The translations under genes were made by a program, and so were the position numbers. A stretch of DNA of 64,000 nt from an uncultured Chloroflexia bacterium (GTDB lineage: Bacteria; Chloroflexota; Limnocylindria; Limnocylindrales; CSP1-4): the NCBI GenBank assembly GCA_963813225.1, contig CAWEYB010000001.1:1152362-1216361 (forward strand), in the 5' to 3' direction. Below the pieces are notes generated by a model. That model worked only from the letters and a program-made list of their open reading frames with translations. It was not told where the DNA came from and did no database searches. Of the stretch, positions 9,040 to 21,071 are shown in pieces (the stretch's first letter is position 1; each line of letters begins with the position of its first letter).

Positions 9040-9758
9040 GCGTCGTCGCCCCGATCGCCGACGTGACCCTGCGCGGGCTGCTGAGCCGGCGGCGGATGAT
9101 CCTGCTGATCCTGCTCGTCGGGCTGCCCGTGCTGGTCGGGCTGCTGGTCCGCATCAGCGGCGGGCGGCCCGACGCCGACCGCGTCCTCGACACGCTGGTC
9201 GTCCGGACCGTGATGCCGCTCGTCGCGCTCATCGTCGGCACGGCCGCGATCGGGACGGAGATCGAGGATGGGACCGCCGTCTACCTGATGGTCAAGCCGA
9301 TCGCGCGCTGGAAGATCGCGCTGTCCAAGACGCTCGTGGCGGTCGGTCTGACCGCGGCCCTTGTGATCCCGTCGATCGTCATCACCGGGCTCCTGCTCGG
9401 GAGCGGGAGCGACCCGTCGACGGCGATCGTCGGCTATGCGGTCGCCTGTCTGATCGGCGGGAGCGCGTACGCGGCGGCATTCCTGACCTTCAGCGTTTTC
9501 ACCTCGCGAGCGCTCCTGCTGGGGCTGGCCTATGTCCTGATCTGGGAAGGTGTCCTGTCCGGGCTGCTCACAGGCACCAAGTTCCTGTCCATCCGGCAGG
9601 CCACCCTCGGGCTCGCCGCAGGGCTCGGTGTGGACGTGCCGGGCAGCACGCCGCTCGCGCCCGGAGTGAGCGTGCTCGTCCTCGCCGTCGTGCTCATCGG
9701 GGCGTTCCTGCTGGGGAGCTGGAAGCTCGCACGGTTCGAGATCCGCGGGGGCGATTGA
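9036..9758 (+). CDS. ABC-2 type permease (second copy)
   Basis: Intact 240-aa polytopic ORF. ATG overlaps the upstream stop. Confidence 0.7.
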   Translation: MSVVAPIADVTLRGLLSRRRMILLILLVGLPVLVGLLVRISGGRPDADRVLDTLVVRTVMPLVALIVGTAAIGTEIEDGTAVYLMVKPIARWKIALSKTLVAVGLTAALVIPSIVITGLLLGSGSDPSTAIVGYAVACLIGGSAYAAAFLTFSVFTSRALLLGLAYVLIWEGVLSGLLTGTKFLSIRQATLGLAAGLGVDVPGSTPLAPGVSVLVLAVVLIGAFLLGSWKLARFEIRGGD

Positions 9759-9809
9759 GGGTCCCGGCGATCACGCTCGGCCGCAGCGCGCGGCGATCGA
9801 GATGCCGAC

Positions 9810-10850
9810 TCAGAACGGCAGGATGCCGCCGAGGTCGGGGAGCGAGCCGCTGAGTCCGAACAGGAAGATCGTCCCGACGAACAGGCTGAACAGGCCGGCC
9901 ACAGCACCGATCGAGACATACAGCTTCTCGCGTGCCTGGCTCGACACGAAGCTGGTCGAGCTGATCAGCACGATCACCAGGTTCGACAGCAGCAGCCCCA
10001 CGACGAAGGCGAACAGCATCGGGATGCCCAGGCCGGCGCTCGATGCGCCGCCGACCGCGGCGATCAGGAGGACCTGGGTGCCGGTCTCGGCGCCGATCCC
10101 GTGGATCATCCCGACGCCGAACGAGGTCTTCGCCCCGTAGGAGCTCATCTCGAGCGGCTCGACGTGCTCGTGGCCGTGGAGGCGGGCCTGGAGGCGGCGC
10201 CAGCCGTACCGGATCGTGTCGAACACGAGCATCCAGCGGCTGCGGAGCCGGAACCGTTCGCCGGCGCGCGCGTAGCGGTAGATCGAGTAGAGGACCCACA
10301 CGCCGAGGGCGACGAGGGTGAACCCGACGATCCGTGCCATCAGCGGGTCGAGCCAGTCGGGAAGGATGGCGCCGAAGGCGATGGCGGCGAGGCCGAGCAG
10401 GATGACGACCAGCCCGTGTCCGAGCGCGTACAGCGAACCGAGGCGGATCGCGTCGGCCTGCTCGGACAGGAACCGCGTCCGGCCGACCGGTGGTCGCATC
10501 GCGAGCGCCGGGGCCAGCGTCGCACCGCCGGGTCCGGCGTCATGCGCCCACATCTCGGGATCGCCACCATGCCCGTGGGCGTGGCCGGCCATGTCGAGAT
10601 GCTGCCCCGCGTGGGCAGCATCGCCCATCCCGGCCGCGGCGGTCGTGCTGGTGATATCGGTGATCGCCGCGATGTGGTCCCAGTCGATCCCGTGGCGGAC
10701 GCCGAGCAGGAGCGCGGTCAGCAGCAGGCCGAGATCGACGGCCGGGGTGATGGCGGCGGTGGCACCGATCAGGTCGAACAACGTGGGCTCCTCGCGAGGA
10801 TCGGGTTCCTGAGGGTACCCGACCGTGGTCGATATCGCAACGGGTCGCAT
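9810..10850 (-). CDS. NiCoT/NicO-type nickel/cobalt transporter with His-rich loop
   Basis: RHGIDWDHIAAI contains the H-x4-D-H signature. His-rich loop HAGQHLDMAGHAHGHGGDPEMWAH and HGHEH. Multiple TM helices. The start is placed at MRPVAIS to avoid overlapping the divergent fur-like gene. Confidence 0.7.
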   Translation of the reverse strand: MRPVAISTTVGYPQEPDPREEPTLFDLIGATAAITPAVDLGLLLTALLLGVRHGIDWDHIAAITDITSTTAAAGMGDAAHAGQHLDMAGHAHGHGGDPEMWAHDAGPGGATLAPALAMRPPVGRTRFLSEQADAIRLGSLYALGHGLVVILLGLAAIAFGAILPDWLDPLMARIVGFTLVALGVWVLYSIYRYARAGERFRLRSRWMLVFDTIRYGWRRLQARLHGHEHVEPLEMSSYGAKTSFGVGMIHGIGAETGTQVLLIAAVGGASSAGLGIPMLFAFVVGLLLSNLVIVLISSTSFVSSQAREKLYVSIGAVAGLFSLFVGTIFLFGLSGSLPDLGGILPF

Positions 10851-10888
10851 TTGTATCGCGTTGCAGCCGTCGTCTATCCTTTCGCACG

Positions 10889-11352
10889 ATGACCGCATCT
10901 GGATCGCTCGAGACGCCGGCTTCCGTCGCCTGGGCCGATGTCCGCGACCGGCTTCACGCCCGCGGCCTCCGCTGGACCCCGCAACGGCGGATCCTGATCG
11001 ACGTTCTGGCCCACACCGACGGGCACGTGACCGGTGCCGAGCTGGTCGAACGCTGCCGCGCCGTCGACCCGGGGACGATCCCGTCGACCGTCTACCGGAC
11101 GCTGGACGTGCTCGAGGAGCTCGGGTTGCTCAGCCACAGTCACGCCGCCGACGGGCGCGAGGAGTTCCACGTCCTGCCGGCCGAGGCGCACGGGCATCTC
11201 CACTGCATCGGCTGCGGGACGACCTGGGAGATCGACGCCGACGAGGCGAGCCTGCTGGTCGAGACCCTCGCCCGCCGACGGGCGTTCGCGGTCGACCTCA
11301 GCCACCTCTCGATCGCCGGCCGGTGCGCTGGCTGCACCGCAGCGCTGGGCGG

Positions 11353-11356
<4 letters not shown>
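10889..11356 (+). CDS. Fur-family metalloregulator (possibly Nur/Zur-like)
   Basis: TPQRRILIDVL..TVYRTLDVLEELGLL (winged helix), HSH..H, and HCIGCG...CAGC zinc motifs. Divergent from the NiCoT gene. Confidence 0.85.
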
Positions 11357-12711
<1,355 letters not shown>

Positions 12712-12756
12712 CCGATCCTCCGCGCGTGCCGTCGGTCGGCAGCCTACCATCGGCCG

Positions 12757-13618
12757 ATGACCCGGGATGGACTCCACGAGGCGCTCGCCGGCGTCCGCGG
12801 CCTGGTGCTCGACGCCGACGGCGTCATCGTCCTCAAGGGCGCCCCGCTGCCGGGCTCGGTCGAGGCGATCCGGACGCTCCAGGAGCGGCACGATCCCGTT
12901 CCGCGTCGTCACGAACTTCTCGCAGCTCCACCGCCGAGACGCTGGCGGGCTGGTTCGCCAAGGCGGGCCTTGCGATCGACCCCGGCGCGATCATCACCGC
13001 GTCGTCGGCGACGGCCGCCTACACCGCCGCCGCCCACCCCGGCCGCGCGCTGTTCGTGCTGGCCGCCGACGACGCCGCGCGCGAGTTCGACGGCCAGCAC
13101 CTGGTGACGGCCGACGAGGCCGAGGCCCTGCCGGCCGGCACGGTCGCCGCCGTCGTGATCGGCGACGCCGGCGACGACCTGTCGTACCGCAACCTGGACG
13201 TCGCCTTCCGGCTCGTCCGCGGCGGCGCCGAGCTGCTCGGCGATGCACCGCAACCCGTGGTGGCTGACCGACAAGGGCGAGACCCTCGACGCGGGCGCGT
13301 TCGTCGCCGGGCTCGAGTTCGCGACCGGTCGGCAGGCGCGCGTCCTCGGCAAGCCGTCGCCCGCGGTCTTCCGGCAGGCCATCGCCGGGCTGCGCGCCGA
13401 CCTCGGCGAGCGACTGCCCGGCGTTCAGCTTCGCGATGGTCGGTGACGACCCGCTCGGCCGACGTCGCGGCCGCCCAGCGGGTCGGACTTCGCGGCGGTG
13501 CTGCGTGCTGTCGGGCAAGACCGGTCGGACGCGACCTCGCGAGCCGCGGCTGCGCCGCGGACGCGGCCCCGACGGGATCGCCGACACGCTGGCCGAGGTC
13601 GTCGCCGCGCTAGACTGA
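12757..13618 (+). pseudogene. HAD-IIA (NagD/UmpH-like) phosphatase, at least six single-base shifts
   Basis: VLDADGVIV (DxDG), IPFRVVTNFS, GKPSPAVF and FAMVGDDP..VLVLSGKTG are all present in order but spread over three frames. Confidence 0.75.
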
Positions 13619-13663
13619 CCGGACCCCTTCCGCAACCCCGACCTGACACGAGGGCCCTCGACC

Positions 13664-15254
13664 ATGACCACCGACTCCAAGCCGCGCATCAAGATCACCT
13701 ACGCGACCCTGAGCACCGACAACGAGGAGCTCCACGCGGGTTCGAGGCGGCCGTCGGCCGAGGCCAGGACCAAGCTCGGCTGGCACCACCAGAACTACAT
13801 CGACGGCGAGTGGCGCGACGGCGACGGGCACGTTCGAGGCGCGCTCGCCGATCGACCGCGACCTGCTGGTCGGGACGTTCGCGACCGGCGACGCGCCGCG
13901 GACGTCGACGCGCGCGGTCGCCGCGGCGCGCGCCGCCCAGCCGGCCTGGGCCGCGATCCCGTGGCGCGAGCGCCTCGCGATCGTCCGCCGGGCGGCCGAG
14001 CTCATCAGCGACCACCTGATGGCGTACTCCGCCGACATGGCGATCGAGGTCGGCAAGAACCGGATCGAGGCACTCGGCGAGGTCGAGGAGTCGGCCGACC
14101 TGCTGCGCTACTACTCGCAGACGATGGAGGACAACGACGGCTACGACCACCCGATGGGCAACCTCGGCGACGCCGCCGTCCACACCCGCTCCGTCCTCCG
14201 GCCGCACGGCGTCTTCGCCGTCATCAGCCCGTTCAACTTCCCGATGGCGCTCGCGACGGGACCGACCGGCGCCGCGCTGATCGCCGGCAACACGGTCGTC
14301 CTCAAGCCCTCGAGCGCGTCGCCCGCTGTCGTCGGTCAACCTGATCGAGGCCTACATCGAGGCCGGGCGTGCCCAAGGGCGTCGTCAACCTCGTCATGGG
14401 GCCGGGCGACACGGTCGGCCAGGCGCTCCAGGACCACCCGGGCATCGACGGCATCGTGTTCACCGGCTCGTACGAGGTCGGGATGCGGCTGTACCACTCG
14501 TTCTCGAAGGCGCTGGCCGCGGCCGACCATCGTCGAGATGGGTGGCAAGAACCCGGCGATCGTGACGCGCAACGCCGACCTCGAGGAGGCCGCCGAGGGG
14601 ATCATGCGCAGCGCCTTCGGCTTCGGCGGCCAGAAGTGCTCGGCCAACTCGCGCGTCTACGTCGAGCGGCCGGTCCACGACGAGCTCGTCCGGCTGCTGG
14701 TCGAGAAGACCGAGAAGATCACGATCGGCGACCCGCTCGTCCGCGTCGAACTGGATGGGCCCGGTCATCGACCAGCGCGCCGTCGACCGGCACCAGGCCG
14801 CGGTCGCCGAGGCGCGCCGCGACGGGACGGTCTTCACCGGCGGCGAGCACCTGACCGACGGCGACCTGGAGCGCGGCTTCTACGTCGAGCCGACCGTCGT
14901 CGGCGACCTGCCGCCGTCGCATCGGCTGTTCCGCGACGAGCTGTTCGCGCCGTTCACCGCGGTCGCCGCCGGTCGACTCGCTCGACGAGGCGCTGGCGCT
15001 CGCGAACGACAACGTGCTGCGGGCTGACGGCCGGGATCTACAGCGAGGATCCGGCCGAGGTCCAGCAGTTCCTCGACACGATCGAGACCGGCGTCCTGTA
15101 CGTGAACCGGCGCGCCGGCGCGACGACCGGCGCATGGCCGGGCGTCCAGGCGTTCGGTGGCTGGAAGGGCAGCGGCTCGACCGGCAAGGCCGGGCTGAGG
15201 ATGTACTACGTCGCCCAGTTCATGCGCGAGCAGACCCGCACCATCGTCGACTGA
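13664..15254 (+). pseudogene. pruA: L-glutamate gamma-semialdehyde (P5C) dehydrogenase-type aldehyde dehydrogenase, at least seven +1 shifts
   Basis: KITYATLS..NYIDGEW.., VISPFNFPMA, IVEMGGKNP, FGFGGQKCSANSR and GWKGSGSTGK occur in order. Frame changes are near 13827, 14334, 14366, 14510, 14750, 14971 and 15018. Confidence 0.8.
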
Positions 15255-15402
15255 CGCGCGGGCGCGCGGCGACTGCGTCCGCGTCGCGACCGTGTGCCAC
15301 GGCTCGTCGCGTTCGCCGGCACGACCGCGCGACTCGGCATCGGCGACCGGCACGCGGCGCTCGGCTATACTCCGGCACGATTATCCAACCTGCATACTCG
15401 TT

Positions 15403-16797
15403 ATGCACTCGATCAAGAGGTGCACCTTGTCGTCGGGCGCGTCGCGCATCGCCGGAGACCGGCCGGTCCCGCACATCGTCACCGAGCTCCCCGGCCCCAA
15501 GGCGCGGGCCCACGTCGCGTTCGACGAGACCTGGACGTCGCCCAGCCTGCCGCGCGCCTACCCGATCGTGCCGGTCCGGGGCGACGGCCTGATCGTCGAG
15601 GACATCGACGGCAACCTGTTCCTCGACTTCGCGGCCGGGATCGCGGTCAACTCGACCGGCCACTCGCCATCCGCAGGTCGTCGCCGCGATCAAGGAGCAG
15701 GCGGCCGAGCTGATCCACTTCTCGGCGTCCGACTTCTACCTGCCGATCTACCCGGAGGTCTGCGGCGAGCTCGCGCGCATCGCCCCGATCGACGGCCGGG
15801 TCCGGGTCTACCTCGGCAACTCCGGGACCGAGGTCGTCGAGGCCTCGATCAAGCTCGCCCGCTTCGCGACGAAGCGGCCGTACATCGTGGCGTTCCTCGG
15901 CGCGTTCCACGGCCGGACCTACGGCTCGGTCAGTCCTGACCGCCTCGAAGGCGAAGTACCACGCCGGCTTCGGGCCGCTCCTGCCGGGCGTCTTCCACGC
16001 GCCGTACGGCCGGGTCGAGGACCTGCGCTGGTTCGACGAGGTCCTGTTCGACAAGCTCGCCCCGGCCAACGAGGTCGCGGCGATCATCGTCGAGCCGATC
16101 CAGGGCGAGGGCGGCTACATCGTCCCCGAGGACGGCTTCCTCCAGGGCCTGCGCGCGATCTGCGACGAGCACGGCATCCTGCTCATCGCCGACGAGATCC
16201 AGTCGGGCGCCGGACGGACCGGCAAGATGTGGGCGATCGACCACTGGGGCGTCCAGCCCGACATCCTGCTGACCGCCAAGGGCATCGCGACCGGCATGAC
16301 CCTCGGCGCCGATGGTCGCCCGCGCGGACCTGCTCGAGACGTGGGGACCCGGAGCGCACGGCTCGACCTACGGCGGCAATCCCGTCGCCTGCGCCGCGGC
16401 CCTGGCCACGATCGAGCTGCTCGAGGGCGGCCTCATCGACAACGCCGCCGACCGCGGCGACCAGGCGCTGGCCGGCCTCCGGCCGCTCGTCGACCGCTAC
16501 GACGGGCTGGTCCGCGACGTCCGCGGCAAGGGCCTGATGCTCGGCATCGAGTTCGACACCGGCCGAGCACGCCGAGGAGGTCCAGTGGGCCTGCTTCGAG
16601 CGCGGCCTGCTCGTCCTCGAATGCGGCAAGACGTCGGTCCGGATGTCGCCCGCCCTGACCGTCAGCGAGGCCGAGATGACGACCGCGCTGCGGATCTTCG
16701 GCGAGGCCGTCGCACGTGGTCGCCGGGCACGGGCGGAGGTCCTCGAGGCAGGTCGCCGACGGCCGGCGCGCTCCACGGGGTCGAGGCGGCCGGCTGA
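15403..16797 (+). pseudogene. Class-III (GabT-like) aminotransferase, at least five +1 shifts; 3' end uncertain
   Basis: [15 protein letters not shown] / [11 protein letters not shown] / [16 protein letters not shown] / EPIQGEGGY / [18 protein letters not shown] / TAKGIA / STYGGNP occur in order across frames, with shifts near 15667, 15935, 16311 and 16561. The stop cannot be fixed without correction. Confidence 0.75.
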
Positions 16798-16829
16798 CGT
16801 CCGCCTGGCCGGGAGGGAGGATCGCCGCG

Positions 16830-17757
16830 GTGAGCAGCTCCAAGGTCGCGACGATGCACGACGCGATCGCCGACCTCGTCCGCGATGGCGACACCGTGGC
16901 GATCGAGGGCTTCACCCACCTCATCTCGTTCGCGGCCGGCCACGAGATCATCCGCCAGGGACGCCGCGACCTGACCCTCGCCCGGCTGACGCCCGACCTC
17001 ATCTACGACCAGATGGTCGCGGCCGGCGTCGCCCGAAGCTCGTCTTCTCGTGGCTCGGCAACCCGGGCGTCGGCGGGCTCGGCGCGATCCGCCGGCGGAT
17101 CGAGGGCGCGATCCCGGACGCAGCCGCTCGAGGTCGAGGAGTACAGCCACTTCGGGATGGTCGGGCGCTACACCGCGGGCGCCATGAACCTGCCGTTCTT
17201 CCCGCTGCGGAGCTACTTCGAGACCGACCTGCCGGTCGCCAATCCGCTCATCCGGCCGATCGCGTCGCCCTACGGCGACGAGACCGTCTACGCCGTCCCG
17301 CCGCTCCGGCCGGACGTCACGATCGTCCACGCCCAGCGGGCGTCGGCCGGCGGCGACACCCAGGTCTGGGGCCTGCTCGGCTGCCAGAAGGAGGCCGCCT
17401 TCGCCGCCGAGCGGGTCATCGTCGTCGTCGAGGAGCTGGTCGACGAGGCGGTCATCCGGGCCGACCCGAACCGGACGATCATCCCGGGCCTGATCGTCGA
17501 TGCCGTCGTCGTCGAGCCGTGGGGCGCGCACCCGTCGTACGTCCAGGGCGCCTACGACCGCGACAACCGGTTCTATCGCGACTGGGATGCGATCACGCCG
17601 GGACGAGGCGACGACCCAGGCCTGGCTGCGCGAATGGGTCTACGGCGCTCGACGGCCGGGCCGCCTACGTCGAGAAGCTCGGGCCCGAGCGGCTCGCGGA
17701 CCTGCGAGCCAGGGCACGGCGCCGTCCGGCACCGTCGACTACGGGGCGTACCGCTGA
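16830..17757 (+). pseudogene. CoA-transferase subunit A (family I, glutaconate/3-oxoacid type), about five indels
   Basis: GTG preceded by GGGAGGGAGG. Segments: DAIADLVRDGDTVAIEGF.., KLVFSWLGNPGVGGLG, EEYSHFGM, DVTIVHAQRA..GDTQ. Shifts near 17034 (a deletion), 17120, 17598, 17648 and 17715. Confidence 0.7.
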
Positions 17758-18133
17758 TGGCGACCACCGTCCGCTACATGGTCGCCGACGTGGATCGGTC
17801 GGTCGCCTTCTACCGCGACCAGCTCGGCTTCGAGGTCGTCGACCAGATGGGCGGCGCATTCGCGCGGGTCGGGCGCGGCGACCTCAGCGTCTGGCTGAGC
17901 GGTCCGGCCAGCTCGGCGGCACGGCCGATGCCCGATGGCCGGCAGCCGACGTCAGGCGGCTGGAACCGCTTCGTCATCGAGGTCGACGACCTCGCCGGCG
18001 CAGGTCGCGCGCGTTGCAAGGCGGCCGGCGCGACGCGTTCCGGAACGAGATCGTGAGCGGACCCGGCGGCCGGCAGATCGTCCTCGACGATCCCGACGGC
18101 AACCCGATCGAGCTGTTCGAGGCGCGGCGGTGA
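17757..18133 (+). pseudogene. VOC (glyoxalase/bleomycin-resistance fold) protein, about four indels within 17990-18045
   Basis: MATTVRYMVADVDRSVAFYRDQLGFEV...NRFVIEVDDL... then FRNEIVSGPGGRQIVLDDPDGNPIELFE in another frame. The ATG shares one nt with the upstream TGA, and the stop overlaps the next GTG. Confidence 0.7.
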
Positions 18134-18914
18134 CGGATCCGACCGGCTTCAGCAGGTCCGAGATGATGATCGTCGCGGCGGCCCGCGAGCTGGCCGGTCA
18201 GCACGTCTGCTTCGTCGGCGTCGGCCTCCCGAACATCGCGGTCAACCTCGCCCAGCGGACCGTCGCGCCCGGACCTCGAGCTGGTCTACGAGGCGGGCGT
18301 CTTCGGGGCCCGTCCGGCGCGGCTGCCGCTGTCGATCGGCGACCCGACCATCGTCACCGGCTCGACCGCGGTCGTCAGCATGCTCGAGCTGTTCGGCTAC
18401 TACCTCCAGCGCGGCCTGGTCGACGTCGGCTTCCTGGGCGCCGCGCAGATCGACCGCTTCGGCAACATCAACACGACGGTCATCGGGCCGTACGACCACC
18501 CGACGACCCGTCTTCCCGGCTCGGGTGGCGCGTGCGAGATCGCGATCAACGCCCGACAGGTGTTCGTGATCATGCGCCAGACGGCGCGCAGCTTCGTCGA
18601 GACGATCGACTTCCGGACGAGCCCCGGCAACCTCGGTGGCGCCGCGGAGGCCGACCGCATCCGGCGCGAGGGTGGCTGGCTGGGCCGCGGCCCGAGCGTC
18701 GTCGTGACCGATCTCGGCATCTACCACTTCGACGAGCGAGGGCGAGATGCGGCTCGATTCGCTCCATCCGGGCGCGACGGTCGAGGCGGTCCGCGACTCG
18801 ATCGGCTGGGAGATCGCGATCGCCCCGGAGCTCGCCGCGACACCGCCGCCGACCGCCGCTGAGCTGCGTCTCATCCGCGAGGAGCTCGACCCGGACGGCG
18901 CCTACACCCGCTGA
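18130..18914 (+). pseudogene. CoA-transferase subunit B, two +1 shifts (about 18270 and 18741)
   Basis: MMIVAAARELAGQHVCFVGVGLPN.., AAQIDRFGNINTT, LPGSGGACEIA, ..IREELDPDGAYTR across three frames. Confidence 0.75.
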
Positions 18915-18928
18915 CGCGTCCGGTGCGG

Positions 18929-19648
18929 TCAGGCCTTGGTGAAGTTCACCAGGAACTCGAGCGTGCCGTTGTCGGCGATCGAGATGATGAACCCGCCGAC
19001 GTTCGGGGCGGTCATCCCGTAGTCGGACAGCGGGAAGGCCAGCGAGCCCGCGACCTGGATGGTGCCGTTGACGAGCTGGGCTTTGGCCGGGATGTCGACC
19101 GACTTCTTCACGCCGTGGATGGTCAGGTCGCCGGTCAGGGTCATGTCCGATGCCGTGCCCGTCAGGGCCGCGGCGGGGATCTCGACCGGCTTGGTCAGCG
19201 TGAACGTCGCCGTCGGGTAGGTGTCGGTCTGCAGGCCCTGGCTGCGGAGCCGGTCGTCGCGTTGCGGCTTGTCCGACGTGATCGAGGTGGTGTCCACCGT
19301 CAGCGTGCCGGCTGTCAGCGTGTTGGTGGCGCCGGACGTCTCGATCGTGATCGAGCCGGTCACCGCGTCGGTGCGACCGACCGCGTCGCTCTCGGCCGAT
19401 AGCCCGGCGAGCTGCTCGCGGACGCGATAGCCGGCGACGCTCCCGCTACCCACGTTCCAGGTCCCGGCGACCGTGCCGTCGAAGCTCGCGGCCGGGGCTC
19501 CGCTGGCGGCCGGGTCGTCCGAGGCGGCTGGCAGGCCCAGGGCGGTCGCGCTGTCGCCGCGCAGGACCTGGTCGTACAGGACGTACCCGCCGATGCCGAT
19601 CGCCACCACGACGGCGATGAGGGTGATGAGGACGCGGGATCTGGTCAT
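18929..19648 (-). CDS. YceI-family protein with N-terminal membrane anchor
   Basis: Intact ORF; ..TATFTLTKPVE..LTGDLTIHGVKKSV..G.L.F.LSDYGM is the YceI pattern. An alternative start lies at 19669. Confidence 0.75.
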   Translation of the reverse strand: MTRSRVLITLIAVVVAIGIGGYVLYDQVLRGDSATALGLPAASDDPAASGAPAASFDGTVAGTWNVGSGSVAGYRVREQLAGLSAESDAVGRTDAVTGSITIETSGATNTLTAGTLTVDTTSITSDKPQRDDRLRSQGLQTDTYPTATFTLTKPVEIPAAALTGTASDMTLTGDLTIHGVKKSVDIPAKAQLVNGTIQVAGSLAFPLSDYGMTAPNVGGFIISIADNGTLEFLVNFTKA

Positions 19649-19785
19649 GGGACGCTCCGTTTGCCGCACGGACGGGCTATCCGTCGAGGTGGACGGTGGG
19701 TGCCGTCGATGAGAAGCGCCTGAGAGCGCACCGTCGCGCGACGCCCCCGGGTGTCCACCCGCACGGCCGCGTAGACTCGCGGTCC

Positions 19786-21055
19786 ATGCGGATCGTCACG
19801 GCCGCCGAGGCCGTCTCCGGGATCGCCTCGGGTCAGCAACTCTACCTGCAGTGTGCCGCGGCCACGCCGTCGGTCCTGCTCGACGCGCTCGTGGCGCGGG
19901 CGGACGACCTGTCGGATGTCAGCGTCGTCCACCTCCACTGCGAGGGGCCCGGTCCGCACCTGGCGCCCGACATGGCGCCGCATTTCCGGCACCGGGCGCT
20001 GTTCATCGGTCCGAACGCACGTCAGGCCATCGCCGAGGGCCGGGCGGACTACGTGCCGACCTTCCTGTCGGACGTCCCGCGCCTGTTCGACAGCGGCCGC
20101 CTGCCGCTCGACGCCGTGTTCGTCAACGCCACCCCACCAGATGCACACGGGTTCTGCTCGCTCGGGACCTCGGTCGAGGCGATGCATGCTGCGATCCGCG
20201 CCGCCCGGACCGTCATCGTCCAGTTCAACGCGGCCATGCCGCGAACGCTCGGCGACAGCTTCATCCACGTCTCGCAGATCGACCTCGCGGTCGAATGCGA
20301 GGTCCCACCGTACGAGCATCCGGTCGGGACGTTCGGCGAGGTCGAGCGACGGATCGGCGAGCATGTCGCCGAGCTGGTGCCCGACGGGGCGACCCTCCAG
20401 CTCGGCATCGGCGCGATCCCGGCGGCGACCGCGCTCGCCCTGCGCGACAAGCGCGACCTCGGCGTCCACACGGAGATGTTCACCGACTCGATCGTCGACC
20501 TGGTCGAGGCCGGCGTCGTCACCGGTGCCCGCAAGGAGCGCAACCGGGGCAAGCTGGTGACGGCCTTCCTGATGGGCACCAAGCGGCTGTACGACTTCGT
20601 GGACGACAACCCGATGGTCGAGATGCGACCGGTCGACTTCACCAACGACACGCATGTCATCCGCTCGTTCAGCCGGATGGTCGCCATCAACTCGGCGATC
20701 GAGGTCGACCTGTCCGGGCAGGTGGTCGCCGACTCGATCGGACACCGGCTGTACAGCGGTGTCGGCGGCCAGATGGACTTCATCCGGGGGGCAGGCCTGG
20801 CCGAGGAGGGGCGCGCCATCATCGCGCTGCCGTCCACCGCGCGGGACGGGTCGTCGCGGATCGTCGCCTCGCTGCGCGAGGGTGCCGGGCGTGGTGACCA
20901 CGCGCGCGCACGTGCGAACGGTCGTGACCGAGTGGGGTGTTGCCGAGCTGTTCGGGTTGAGCCTCCGGGAGCGGGCCGCAGAGCTCATCCGGATCGCTCA
21001 CCCGGACGCGCGGGACGCGCTGGCGATCGCCGCGCGGGCACACAATCTCGACTGA
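19786..21055 (+). CDS. Acetyl-CoA hydrolase/transferase family (4-hydroxybutyrate CoA-transferase-like), one +1 shift near 20887
   Basis: ..VNATPPDAHGFCSLG.., EMFTDS, SAIEVDLSGQV..GVGGQMDF. The tail VVTTRAHVRTVVTEWGVAELFG continues in the next frame after a GG-to-GGG run. Confidence 0.8.
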
Positions 21056-21071
21056 GGGAGGAGGTGATCGG

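Noticed and set aside
10831-10866. Possible Nur/Fur box between the NiCoT and fur-family genes
   Set aside because: There are only hexamer-level matches (TCGCAA, TTGCAG) with 20-nt spacing, which does not fit the TTGCAA-N5-TTGCAA or 19-bp Fur consensus I know. It is mentioned in a finding but not annotated.
16643-18133. 496-aa and 446-aa ORFs spanning the aminotransferase end, CoA-transferase A and the VOC gene
   Set aside because: These are chimeric read-throughs created by indels. Recognisable protein segments alternate with Arg-rich nonsense.
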